Positions 24,059 through 36,219 of a DNA stretch of 64,000 nt are shown one piece after another. A model generated the notes under the pieces. That model was given only the letters and a program-made list of their open reading frames with translations, made no database searches and had not been told where the DNA came from. A program made the translations under genes and the position numbers. The DNA is from Octopus sinensis (lineage: Eukaryota): contig NC_042997.1 in the NCBI RefSeq assembly GCF_006345805.1, positions 171,864,001 through 171,928,000 of the forward strand. Reading direction: 5' to 3'. How positions within the stretch are numbered: position 1 is the stretch's first letter; each line of letters opens with the position of its first letter.

Positions 24059-25892
24059 CAAAGAAAGTGTTGTAAGAAAACTGGAGAGGTTAGAGCCAAT
24101 TATATGGCGTGCTCTGAATAGAACTTTACTTGTAATTTTATCATAAATTTTATAATTTTCACTTCTATAATTTTATAATTTTATATGGTAAAAATGTCAA
24201 GGCAATCTTTCAAACTTTACACTTATAATATAACGGATCACTGTCAAAGTAGCTGCATTGATTCAATGTGAAATGAATGCACTAATTGTCATCGTGTGAG
24301 TTTGTGTAACTATGCAGTGTGTTAGAATTGTATTATTTGAGTGCAGCTGTTTGGATGCTGGCAATTTGGCATGGATGACTGGACATAGAACCTGTGTTGG
24401 CAACAGTGCTTTTTGGCACAGGAGGCAAACACACTTCCACATACACACATACACACATAGTCACTTGTGCATGCTGAAATATACATGAAATATACATGTG
24501 CAGATGCAGAAAGTGAAAGAGAGAGAGAGGGGAGAGAGAGATTACAATTTATTAATTGAACATGGTAGACATAAACACTTTGCGTCTTCTCATACATATA
24601 AAGAGAAATAAACTCACACATATAAAAAGAATGAGAGATAGAGATAGAGATAGAGATGTATAGAAAGATAGATAAATAGATAGATAGATAGAGAGAGAGA
24701 GAGAGAAAAGTGGGGGAGAAAAGGGAAAAGAAAGAGAATGAGAGAGACAGTAAAATGTCTGATGTCAAATAAGCCAATGTCTAATTCGTGATTTTTGACT
24801 TACTGGCATCACCAAACCAGTTGTACCAAAACAGCTGTATGGTCATTTACTGTATATATAGCTACATGTGTGTATATGAGAGAGAGAAACAGAGAGAGGG
24901 ACAGACAGAATGACAAACAAACAAATAGACAGACAAACAGACAGATAGAAAGACAAACAAACAGATAAAGAGATAACCAGATGAATGGACAATCAAATAG
25001 ACGCTTGTGTTGTAGTGTTGTATACTAAATTGATTTGTATATTTTCTTTCTTGTCTTCTGCACTGAAAAACGTTCAGTTCCATAATTTATAAAAAAAAAA
25101 CAAAAAAAAACAGAAACAAAAAGCAACAATATCAAAATAAAATATATCATACCCTTTTTAAGATAAGCTCTTTTAAAATATTTTTTTTTTTGCTGGTTAT
25201 TAATAATTATTTGCTTGTCTATTACTTTCAGTTGTGCGGTTTGTTTCACTTTGACTGTCATATTATATGTACTACAAAGTTCAAATGGAGCCAGTGGTAA
25301 TTATGGAAAATATGAAGAATTTCTCATGTTTTCACCCCAAATCAGTTTTCTGGAAAATAAAATATATTTGTCAAGCTGTTGTTATGACTTACTGTTTCTG
25401 GCAGTGAAGTTGGAAAAAATACTACACTTTGATCTTAGCCAAAAAGCCAAGAAGCAATGAAGCTGAGAATAATGGAATGAGTTTTGGGATTATAATGAAT
25501 GAATGAATGAATGAATGAATGTATGTATGTATGTATGTATGTATGCATGCATGTATGTATGTATGTATGTATGTATGTATGTATGTATGTATGTATGTAT
25601 GCATGTATGTATGTATGTATGTTTGCATGCATATATCTATGCATGTATGTGTATATGTATAAATGTGTGTGTATGTATACATGTATGTGGGTATGCACAT
25701 ATATAAGTCAAAACTACCAAAATAAACATATTGTACCGAATGCAAGTCTCGAAGCAAATCATTTAAAAACAGAATTTAGCTGCAGATCACCAGTGATTTC
25801 GTAATTAACGCAGTGGTTGCCTCCTTTACTTGTCGGTGCCAGCATGATTCAAGATTTATAATGAATGAACAAAATTAACATACCTGGCGAAC

Positions 25893-25925
<33 letters not shown>

Positions 25926-25929
<4 letters not shown>

Positions 25930-26100
25930 ATCCAAACAAGAAAGCACAAAAAAACACACAACAGCGCGAGGACGTGGAACAAATATAGTATTATTGGACG
26001 CTCAGGAAAGAAGGAAAGAAGGAGGGTTTAACGTTACGAGTGGAGCTCTTCGTCGGAAACATAGGAAAAGGAAAGATCCAGAGAAGGGAAGACAGAGGAA
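25926..26100 (-). mobile_element. Short pLTR-like element with a minimal hammerhead-like motif (26026-26060)
   Basis: Homologous to 33880-34030. Minus strand reads GTTT CCGACGA A GAGC TCC ACTC GTAA CGTT AAAC. (TA)n flanks. Confidence 0.65.
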
Positions 26101-26109
26101 AATATATAT

Positions 26110-26367
26110 AGATGGCCAGCCTCGGCTGGCCCCCGTGCCGGTGACACGTAAAAGCACCGTCCGTTCGTGGCCGTTTGCCAGCTCTGTCTGGCACCTGTGC
26201 AGGTGGCACGTAAAAAACACCCACTACACTCGCGGAGTGGTTGGCGTTAGGAAGGGCATCCAGCCGTAGAAACAGTGCCAGATCTGACTGGGCCTGACGA
26301 AGCCTTCCAGCTTCACAGACCCCAGTTGACCCGTCCAACCCATGCTAGCATGGAAAGCGGACGCTAA

Positions 26368-26399
<32 letters not shown>

Positions 26400-26400
26400 A
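26110..26400 (+). mobile_element. RTE 3'-UTR copy (family D)
   Basis: Two units plus a (GAT)n tail. CpG-rich, so probably young. Confidence 0.88.
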
Positions 26401-26429
26401 GATAGATAGATAGATATATGTATGTATAT

Positions 26430-26625
26430 ATTTGTGTGTGTGTCTGTGTTTCTCCCACCACCACCACCACCATCACTCGACAACCGATGTTGGTGTGTTT
26501 TTTTTCCTTTGTAACATTAGCAGTTCAGCAACAGAGACTGATAGAATAAGTCCTGGAGTTGATTTGTTTGACTAAAGGCATTGCTCCAGCATAGCCACAG
26601 TCAAATAACCGAGACAAGTAAAAAA
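26430..26625 (+). mobile_element. SINE family A-related 3' half
   Basis: CATCACTCGACAACCGATGTTGG...GCTCCAGCATAGCCACAGTCAAAT. Confidence 0.7.
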
Positions 26626-26653
26626 TTAAAAATATTTGTATATGTGTATGGAG

Positions 26654-26690
<37 letters not shown>

Positions 26691-26755
26691 TATACATATA
26701 TATGTATATGCATATATATACACATATATTTATACACAAACACTCACACACACAC

Positions 26756-26788
<33 letters not shown>

Positions 26789-27391
26789 TGTATGTATGTA
26801 TATATATATATATATGTATAAATATGTGTGTGTATGTGTGTCTAGAAAATATTAGAAAACCTATAGTCTGGGAAATGGGATTTGAAATGGGATTTGAAAT
26901 CTTTTATCTCTGATTATCATTGACTTGATAAGTGAATGAATAGATAATTGAGTGGTTATTTCATAAGGAAATGAAGTTTATTCATAATTTTGATCCATTG
27001 CTTACAGATGATAATCAAGGATAAGAGATTTGAAATCTTATTGTCCAGACAACAGGCTGTGTTTATATTTTTGATGCAAAAAATATTGCTCTCTGTGAAA
27101 TATTTTATACTCTATTTCATTTTGTAAAGTTTTAGATTGCGCACCACACTATGTGTGTCATCCACACATACATACATATGCATACATATATGTGTGTGTG
27201 TATATACACACACACGCACGTACATTATATATACATATACATGCATACACACACTCACACACACACACATATATAAATATATACGCATGTGTGCGTGCAA
27301 GAATATAGACTTTCAGACATTCATGTAAATATTAATACATACATAGACAGCTAAAAATTATTTGTTCTATAGTTTAACATCTAAATATAAA

Positions 27392-27444
<53 letters not shown>

Positions 27445-27447
<3 letters not shown>

Positions 27448-27675
27448 GTCCGTTTTCCATGCTAGCATAGGTTGGACGGTTCAACCGGGGCCTGGAAGCC
27501 ATGGAGACTGTCCCAGGCTCTAGTCTGATTTGGCAGTATTTCTACAGCTAGATGCCCTTCGTAATGCCAATCACTCCGTGGGTGTAGTGGGTGTTTTTTA
27601 GGTGCAACTGGCACAGGGGCCAGAGCAGGCTGGCATATGGCCACGATTGGTTGGTGCAGGCGGTCCTGCGAGCCA
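27445..27675 (-). mobile_element. RTE 3'-UTR copy (family D)
   Basis: Reverse-complement homology, with (TA)n on both sides. Confidence 0.8.
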
Positions 27676-27869
27676 TATATATATATATATAGATTCAGAT
27701 GAATAAAATTATACTAATGTGTCCATCTGTTTTCATTTAATTAAATTCTCTCTTTATGCAGCTGAGGATTGCTCTACATTTAAATTGATTTAATGATTGT
27801 ATTTTTCAATTAAATGGAGTTGCTTGAAACGATCATACTGCATTACCTCTGGATATCCTTGTTGCTTAT

Positions 27870-28075
27870 TTTGTCGCCTGGCACCTGTGCTGGTGGCACG
27901 TTACCAGCACCCACTACACTCACGGAGTGATTGGGGTTAGGAAGGGCATCCAGCTGTAGAAACACTGCCAGATCGGACTGGAGCCTGGTGCAGCCTCCTG
28001 GCTTCCCAGACCCCATCAAACTGTCCAACCCATGCTAGCATGGACGTTAAACGATGATGATGATGATGATGATGA
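27870..28075 (+). mobile_element. RTE 3'-UTR copy (family D)
   Basis: One unit plus a (GAT)n tail. Confidence 0.85.
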
Positions 28076-28100
28076 TACATACATGTACATATATATATAT

Positions 28101-28943
28101 ATCATCATCATCATCATCATCATTTAGTGTCCACTTTCCATGCTGGCATGGGTTGGACGGTTCAACTGGAGTCTGTGAAGCCAGGAGGCTGCATCAGGCC
28201 CAGTCTGATCTGGCAGTGTTTCTACAGCTGGATGCCCTTCCTAATGCCAACAACTCCGTGAGTGTAGTGGGTGCTTTTTACGTGCCACCCGTACAGGTGC
28301 CAGGCGAGGCTGGCAACGGCCACGAACGGATGGTGCTTTTTACGTGTCACCGGCACCGACGCCAGTCAGGGCGGTGCTGGCAACGGCCACGATCGGATGG
28401 TTCACTTACTTGTCACCGGCACTGGTATCACAGCCGCAATTTCCATTGATGTTGATCGACTTCGATTCTGCTTTCTGATATCTGATTTGATTTGGTTTGA
28501 TTTGATTTTTTTGATTTCCACTTGCCACAACGGGTCTTCACAAGTGGAGTTTTGTGTCCCAAGAAGGAAAGGTATGTATAAGTCAACTGGCTACATACCA
28601 AGTAGAGGCCACGGGTTATGGTCCCACTAGTCTTGCTGGGTCTTCTCATGCATAGCATACTTCCATAGGTCTCGGTCTCTAGTCATTTCCTTGGTGAGAC
28701 CTAAAGTTTGAAGGTCGTGCTTCACCACCTCATCCCAGGTTTTCCTGGGTCTACCTCTTCCACAGGTTCCCTCAACTGCTAGAGTGTGGCACTTTTGCAC
28801 ACAACTATCTTCAGCCATTCTCGTCACATGACCATACCAGCGCAAACGTCTTTCTTGTACACCACAACTGATGCTTCTTAGGTCCAACTTTTCTCTCAAG
28901 GTACTTACACTCTGTCGATTATGAACACTGACATTACACATCC

Positions 28944-28945
<2 letters not shown>
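28101..28945 (-). mobile_element. RTE-clade LINE 3' end (ORF2 C-terminus, long 3' UTR, (GAT)n tail)
   Basis: [12 protein letters not shown]...[16 protein letters not shown]...DRDLWK. 5'-truncated at (TA)n. Confidence 0.92.
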
Positions 28946-29008
<63 letters not shown>

Positions 29009-29662
29009 CATATATATATATATATTATATATTTAGATATAGCTATATATATGAATAGATACATATATACATATATATGTGTGATATATGTATATATATA
29101 TATGTAGGTGGGTATGTACATACATTACACATATGCAGACAAATACATGACATAGTTGAATAGTTGAAAATTTAAAAAAAGAATATTTTGTGTGTTATTT
29201 ACAATGAAAAAAAAATTATACTAAATTTTGAAAAAACAAAAACAGTTTCTCAAAAATAACCAAAAGAAACTAAACATATACAGGTGCATTTTTACTGTGG
29301 TTGTTGTTGTTCTTTTTGTTTTCTGACTTGAATCTTTATCTCCAAAAACCAGCTGGGCTTAGATTTAAATATTCTTAGATTAGAACAAAGTTTACCAATT
29401 TTAGTAATCCATCTTAATGGCAAACCGTTATTTCATAGCAATTTATTCAAAAGCCATTTTTTAAAGGATTATTGGTTGTGGGGGTGGTGGTGATTGTGGA
29501 AGTGAGCATACAGTTGTTTACATGTATGACTGTTCCAGTATGAAAGCATGCATATATGTGTGTGTCTATGTATGTTTATGTGTGTGTGTGTCTATGTTTA
29601 TGTTTATGTGTTTGTATGTGTATATATATATAATATATATATACTATGTATATATATATAAT

Positions 29663-29699
<37 letters not shown>

Positions 29700-31108
29700 T
29701 TGGTGTTTATACATGTGTGTGCTTATGTTTATCTATATATATAGTGAGTGCGTGTGTGTATGTGTGATACCTGAAACTTAAACAGTACATGCTTGTGTGT
29801 ATAAATATGTGTGTATATATATTTATATATATATATATGTATATATATATACATACATATATTATACATAAATGTATATATATACACACATATATATACA
29901 TATATGTATATATATGCATATATTTACATATATATATTTATACAAACATGCATACATACATACATACAAACATAGACAACCACACATACACACACATACA
30001 CACATACATACTTATATATACATACTATATAGTGTGCATGTATTCATATTTACCATATAACTATTTTTATAGGACAAGGTATATATAGATATATTTACAT
30101 TTCTCACTACCACCTGTCTTGTTTACCTTTATTCATTTTGCTATGGAAAATATGACTTCTATCAAATGTAGAAGCTATTTTTTTTTTGTTAACACATTTG
30201 TTTTTTAACATACATATATATATATGCATATATACATATACACGCACATATATGTATTTATGCATGTATATATGTATGTGTGTATGTATGTTTGTATGTA
30301 TCTATGAATGTGTTTGTGTGTATGTATGCAAGTCTGTATGTGTGCATGTATGTATGTAGCATGTACATATGTGCATGTATATGTGTGTATATATGTATGT
30401 TTGTATGTATGTATATATGTATGTGTACATGTATGTATTTATGTATGTATGCGTGTATGTATGTTTTATATTTGTATGTAAGTATGTTTCTATGTATGTG
30501 TATATATATATGTGTACACATGTCTTTTTTAGTTCTTTTCAGAATCAACATATTTTGTCTGTAATTTTTTAGACATCCACTTTCATACTTATTGATTCTC
30601 TTTAAAGTTTTCACATAAATCCCCTGTATTTTGTTTACACTTTCTAAATGTTTTGCTTACAAATAAGCACCTGACATTCGACACAGGGTGTGTATATAAG
30701 TTCATCTGAACTATATTTTCTTTTTCTGTCATTGGATTATTACCATGCAGTACCACTCCCAGAGGGATTTCTGTCAATTATATCACCTACTGTTGCTACA
30801 GTCCTCTCTGTGGTTACTGACTATTCTTTAATGAATGTCTAAGTTCACCAGAGTTATGTCCCTTCTCTCAGTTATCTCGTTTATAAATTTAAATACCATG
30901 AAACAACACACACACATATATATTTGGATGTCTTTGTGAAAATAGCTTAATGTAGTTTTTAAATATAAAGGGGAATTTTTTTTAGCCATTTCTTTTTTTA
31001 AAGTTATAAATTCTTTTTATAGGATGTTAGTAACCTTTTGGAAGAATTTTTTCCCTAGTGTGGGTAGAGCACTTTCAATTAACCTTTTCAAACACACTTA
31101 CATATGTA

Positions 31109-31391
31109 TTGTTGTTTGTTCCTTCTCGAGCCATGCCTGGCTCATAAGGTCCAGTTTCCCGGTTTCTTGGTGTATAGGTTCCCCACCTGGATGGGATGCC
31201 GGTCCGTTGCAGGTGAGCTGCAAGATGCAGGAGGAAAGAGTGAGAGAAAGTTGTGGCGAAAGAGTCAGCAGAAGCCACGTGGAGCTTAGGTGTTTCACTC
31301 ATAAACACACACATCGTCTGGTCTGAGATTCGAACTTGTGATCCCTCGACTATGAGTCCGCTGCTCTAAACACTAGGCCATGTGCCTCCAC
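31109..31391 (-). mobile_element. tRNA-derived SINE, family C head with ...GGCTCGAGAAGGAACAAACAACAA tail
   Basis: A and B boxes (TGGCCTAGTGTTTAG; AGTTCGAATCTC). Tail region CATCCCATCCAGG...GAAACCGGGAAACTGG is shared with 48630-48690. Confidence 0.85.
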
Positions 31392-31482
31392 ACATGTATG
31401 TATGTATACATAATAATTGATGAAAGAAATGAAAGATAGATTTAGCACTAGTCTCTATTCAGTACAACAATCATTTTGGCCC

Positions 31483-31714
31483 ATCCTGCAACTGTCTGTT
31501 ATGCGTAGGATTTTATGCATCTAATTGTGTTCCATCAATCCGTGTTGTTGGTGTCACATCAGGTACATGCATAAAGAAGGGGATGTCCTATTAGGTATAC
31601 TGAGATGTGCTGGGCATGTTGTTTGTGCCTGCTCTATTTTGGTTATGATTGGCTACAGTTGATGCAACACAACTAGATGCACAAAATCCTACCCATAACG
31701 GATAGTTGCAGGAT
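31483..31714. mobile_element. MITE with ~56-bp imperfect TIRs
   Basis: ATCCTGCAACTGTCTGTTATGCGTAGGATTTTATGCATCTAATTGTGTTCCATCAA versus TTGATGCAACACAACTAGATGCACAAAATCCTACCCATAACGGATAGTTGCAGGAT. No TSD seen. Confidence 0.75.
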
Positions 31715-31923
31715 TGATCAAACTGGTCATCATACTGAATAAAGACTAGTACTAAAATCTATCTTCCATTTCCTTCACCAATTATTATTATCTCACTGTG
31801 GAATTCCTGATGTAGATCCAGCAGAAATATACCCCAACCATGGATGACACCAGGTAGCCCAATCTGTGAATGTGCTTTATTCAACACACTAATTGACATA
31901 TACCCATTGCTCCAAAAAATTAC

Positions 31924-31993
<70 letters not shown>

Positions 31994-31999
<6 letters not shown>

Positions 32000-32522
32000 A
32001 AGATTATTTTCCAACATAAAGTGGCAATCGAATGTTACTGCTACTTAGTACCAGGAAACATCATTTCCAGCTGGCTATACAACACACTATCTGTGTCCTT
32101 ATATTTTCGAACAAGGGAGTTTAGAATCCCCTCAACACAAAACAATATCTGTGCATCGCGATTTCTGGGTTATTTCTTTTCATCAGCACAGAATAACTGT
32201 TCACCTAGAGACTGCGCTGCTAAATTCTTGTTTGAAATATAGTTTTCAAAGTGACACACAGTCACCGATCTAATAAAATAAAAAAATTTCTATTTGTAAA
32301 TCTCTCATCGACAGACATTCAGTAACAGTACTCTAGAGTAAAGATTATTTGCCAACATAATGTGGCAGTCGAATGTTACTGTTATTTAGCTCCAGGAAAC
32401 ATCGATATTTCCTGAGGCTAAATAACAGTAACATTTTACTGCCACATTACGTTGGTAAATAATCTTTACTCTAGAGTGCTGTTACTGAATGTCTGTCGAT
32501 GAGAGATTTGCAAATAGAAATT
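31994..32522 (-). mobile_element. Non-coding PLE-like element: 341-bp period partial tandem plus a terminal inverted copy (238-bp palindrome)
   Basis: AGAGTAAAGATTATTT at 31994 and 32335. Arms 32285-32399 and 32408-32522. Hammerhead-like motif on the minus strand at 32148-32192. Confidence 0.7.
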
Positions 32523-32539
32523 ATATAAATATATATATG

Positions 32540-32734
32540 ATTCTCCATGATAGATTGCTAGACACTACACATTCTTTATTTTCTCTCCTTGTTTCTTTCT
32601 GTGTTCCTTTCTGTTGAAGAGCATAGGCTCGAAATGTTAAAGACTTTTTCACTTCCTGAATGTTATAGTAATACATCTGTTTGTTGTCTACAGCACCTGT
32701 CTTCGTCTTTTGTTGTTTTTTGTAAATTCTCACC
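32540..32734 (+). mobile_element. Short pLTR-like element with a minimal hammerhead-like motif (32607-32642)
   Basis: CTTT CTGTTGA A GAGC ATAG GCTC GAAA TGTT AAAG. (TA)n flanks. Confidence 0.6.
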
Positions 32735-32744
32735 TATATATATA

Positions 32745-32930
32745 TGCAGGTGGCACGTAAAAACACCCACTACACTCGCGGAGTGGTTGGCGTTAGGAAG
32801 GCATCCAGCCGTAGAAACACTGCCAGATCTGACTGGGCCTGACGAAGCCTTCCAACTTCACAGACCCCATTGACCCGTCCAACCCATGCTAGCATGGAAA
32901 CGGACGCTAACGATGGATGATGATGATGAT
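32745..32930 (+). mobile_element. RTE 3'-UTR copy (family D)
   Basis: Nearly the same subtype as 26190-26400. (GAT)n tail. Confidence 0.88.
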
Positions 32931-32931
32931 G

Positions 32932-32973
<42 letters not shown>

Positions 32974-33009
32974 TATATGAAAATGTATGTATATATATGT
33001 ATATATATA

Positions 33010-34030
33010 ATGCACATACACACTTTCCCCACACCCACACGTACATACATACACACTCATACACATACACACACACACACACACACGGACATACATCTAT
33101 GCACACACATATATACACACATACTCACATACACACTCACACATCCACACACATACATACTTACGTGCACACTCGCAGGCGCGCGCACACACGCGCTTGT
33201 GCCGGTTTGCGCACACATACGCGCCGCATGCACCTCGCTCTTGGACCCGACGAGACCCCCCACACCGTTCCTGGGACGTCGCTGTCGTTGGTTTTCCCAC
33301 GCCCGTCTCCGTCTGCGGACCACTCTTCCATCTTCCCCTCAGCTGGAGTCCTTTTTCCTTAACCCCCCCCTTTTTCGTTACACACACGCGCACACATATA
33401 CACACATTGCTTAAATATATACATTACTCTTACACAACATTCAATCTACTCGCCATTAATACTACCACGACACTGGACACACACACTACCACTCAACACA
33501 CGCTGGCACGCTACATACGCCCCACCCCTTCCCCTCCCTCCCTTCCTCCTTCCTTCTTTTTCTTACTACTGACCTTTGTCTGCTATGCTGACCACCGTCT
33601 CTCGCCCTACCTCACACGCCTACACACAGACGCACACACTAACACATACATATATTTTTTGTTTTTTTATCTCGCCTCACACACACACATACACACACGC
33701 ACACGCACACACTCACACATACACACACATCTGCTGTTACCAACCTTGTCTCCACTCTTTTGCCTTTAAAAACCCACTTTGCTCTTGTTATCGTAAACAT
33801 CCGCCTTTCACCATGTGTAACTCGTAAACACCAGTCGTTTTTTTTTCTCTATCCCTGTTGCCCGCTCTGGGATCTTTCTTTCCTCTCTCTTCCTTCTTTA
33901 TGTTTCCGACGAAGAGCTCCGCTCGAAACGTCATACCTCCCTGCTTCCATTTCCTGAGCGCCTATTAATAATAATACTGTAATTGTTCCATTGTTGTTGT
34001 GTTTTTTTATTTCCCGTTTGGATTAAATTA
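33010..34030 (+). mobile_element. About 1-kb CpG-rich non-coding element ending in the pLTR-like hammerhead module (33902-33936)
   Basis: The 3' ~150 bp is homologous to 25926-26100. The body retains many CpGs, has a C/A-rich strand bias, and ends at (TA)n. Confidence 0.55.
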
Positions 34031-34092
34031 TATATATATATATATATATTATATATAATAAGTAAATGTATGTATATATGTGTATATATATG

Positions 34093-34127
<35 letters not shown>

Positions 34128-34212
34128 TGTGTATATATATATATATATATATAATATATATATAATATATATAATGTATATATGTATATATGTATATGTT
34201 TATATGTATTAT

Positions 34213-34290
<78 letters not shown>

Positions 34291-34974
34291 TAGATAGATA
34301 ATAAAACCATAAAGAATGAAAATGCATCATCAATGATATATTTTACTTACGCATGTTTCAAATAGTTCAGCAAAATTCATCTATCTATTGCACATTGAAG
34401 CGTGCATGCTCAACCAGTCTATCAGTTGACTAATTGATTAACCAAAGTTACAAAGCTGTTGACAACAAATTCATTCATTTTTGCTAGATTTATTTACAAT
34501 GAGACCTTGTGGAAGAGGTTTTTTATAAACTATACATATCAGATCTATGTCCTTATTTTATCACTCAGTGTCTCTTCTAGAGTCCTGGAAGGTAGTTTTT
34601 ATATCAGATGCTATTAATTAAATAACTGCTACAGAGAGAGATAGCAACAGTATTTGGTTCTTGTCAAAATAAATTTGTACCTTAGTTTGTGATGTTCTTA
34701 AGTGCAAAATAATATAGTTAAAGGCAGAATGTATTGTCAAAAAGAATGCAAATTTAAAGGAAACTAATATCTATTAAGATTATTAGGGAATTACAGAATT
34801 TTGGCTGTATTTACATTGGATAAATTTGTATTAAGTTCAATAGCATTAAATAATATGTATGTCATTGTTCAGTTTTATTTCAAGATTTCTTGCCAATAGA
34901 GAAAGAGCCGGTTTCTAAGCAAGATCCAAGGCTCCTTCGCTGGAATTTCAACATCAACAACAGGGTATTTTGTT

Positions 34975-35352
34975 TGTATGTATGTAAGTATGTATGATGT
35001 ATGTATGTATGTATGTATGTATGTATGTATGTATGTATGTATGTATGTATGTATGGATGGATGGATGTATGTATGTATGTATGTATGTATGTATGTATGT
35101 ATGGATGGATGGATGGATGGATGTATGTATGTATGTATGTATGTATGTATGTATGTATGTATGTATGGATGGATGGATGTATGTATGTATGTATGTATGT
35201 ATGTATGTATGTATGGATGGATGTATGTATGTATGTATGTATGTATGTATGTATGTATGTATGTATGTATGTATGCATGCATGCATGCATGCATGCATGC
35301 ATGCATGGATGGATGGATGTATGTATGTATGTATGTATGTATGTATGTATGT
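34975..35352. repeat. Compound (TATG)n/(GATG)n/(CATG)n tetranucleotide array
   Basis: Read directly from the sequence. Confidence 0.95.
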
Positions 35353-35584
35353 GTGCAGAGTTGTATGTTTTGCTTTATGTATGTCTTCTCATGTATGTAG
35401 TTGCATATCTAGACATGCTCATGTATATTAAAATGCTAAACTTCTGGAAAGTTTTACAGATTTTTATAGTTATGTATGTATGTATGTATGTATATGTGTG
35501 TGTGTGTATGTATGTATGTATATGTGTGTGTGTGTGTGCATATATGTATGTATGTGTGTATGTATGTGCATATATGTACATGTG

Positions 35585-35760
35585 TAAGACAGTGAGCTGG
35601 CAGAATCATTAGCACATCAGGCAAAGTGCTAAGTGGTATTTTGTCTGTCTGTAAAGTTCAAATTCTGCCAAGGTTGACTTTGCCTTTCAGCCTTTCGAGG
35701 TCGATAAGATAAGTACCAGTTGCCACTGGGGTCAATGTAATCGACTTAACTCCTCCAGGG
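35585..35760 (+). mobile_element. SINE family B, 3'-truncated
   Basis: GAGCTGGCAGAATCATTAGC head and TTTGCCTTTCAGCCTTTCGAGGTCGATAAG central domain. Confidence 0.8.
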
Positions 35761-35999
35761 TAAGAGTATAAAAACTGCACCCTTCTGACATCTTATGTCA
35801 AGACAGTGTTGCAGAGTAGTCTCATCAAACCAGTATGATCTCAAACTTAAATTCATAGCCTCCACATCAGACCACGGTTGGTGGGGAGAACATGCTGAAG
35901 CATTTATCCTGCAGCGGATTGAACATGGGCAATCCAGTACATTTCAATGTACATATGAATGTATATATACTATTGAAAAGACAAGTTAAATAGTGAAGC

Positions 36000-36218
36000 T
36001 TTAGCTGGCAGAAACATTAGCACGCCAGGCGAAATGTGTAGCTGTACTTTACATTCTGAGTTCAAATTCTGGCAAGGTCGACTTTGCCTTTCATCTTTTC
36101 GGGGTCGATAAATTAAGTACCAGTTATGCACTGGGGTCGATATAATTGACTTAATCTGTCTGTCTGTCCTTGTTTGTCTTCTCTGTGTTTAGCCCCTTGT
36201 GGGTAGTAAAGAAATAGA
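36000..36218 (+). mobile_element. SINE family B, full length
   Basis: Head, central domain and tail ...GTGTTTAGCCCCTTGTGGGTAGTAAAGAAATA. Confidence 0.88.
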
Positions 36219-36219
36219 T

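Noticed and set aside
30589-30777. Minus-strand ORF with an internal GTAAGC donor as a host exon
   Set aside because: The acceptor lacks a pyrimidine tract and the peptide is unrecognised. Similar weak cases at 12061-12135, 21423-21470 and 49450-49475 were also dropped.
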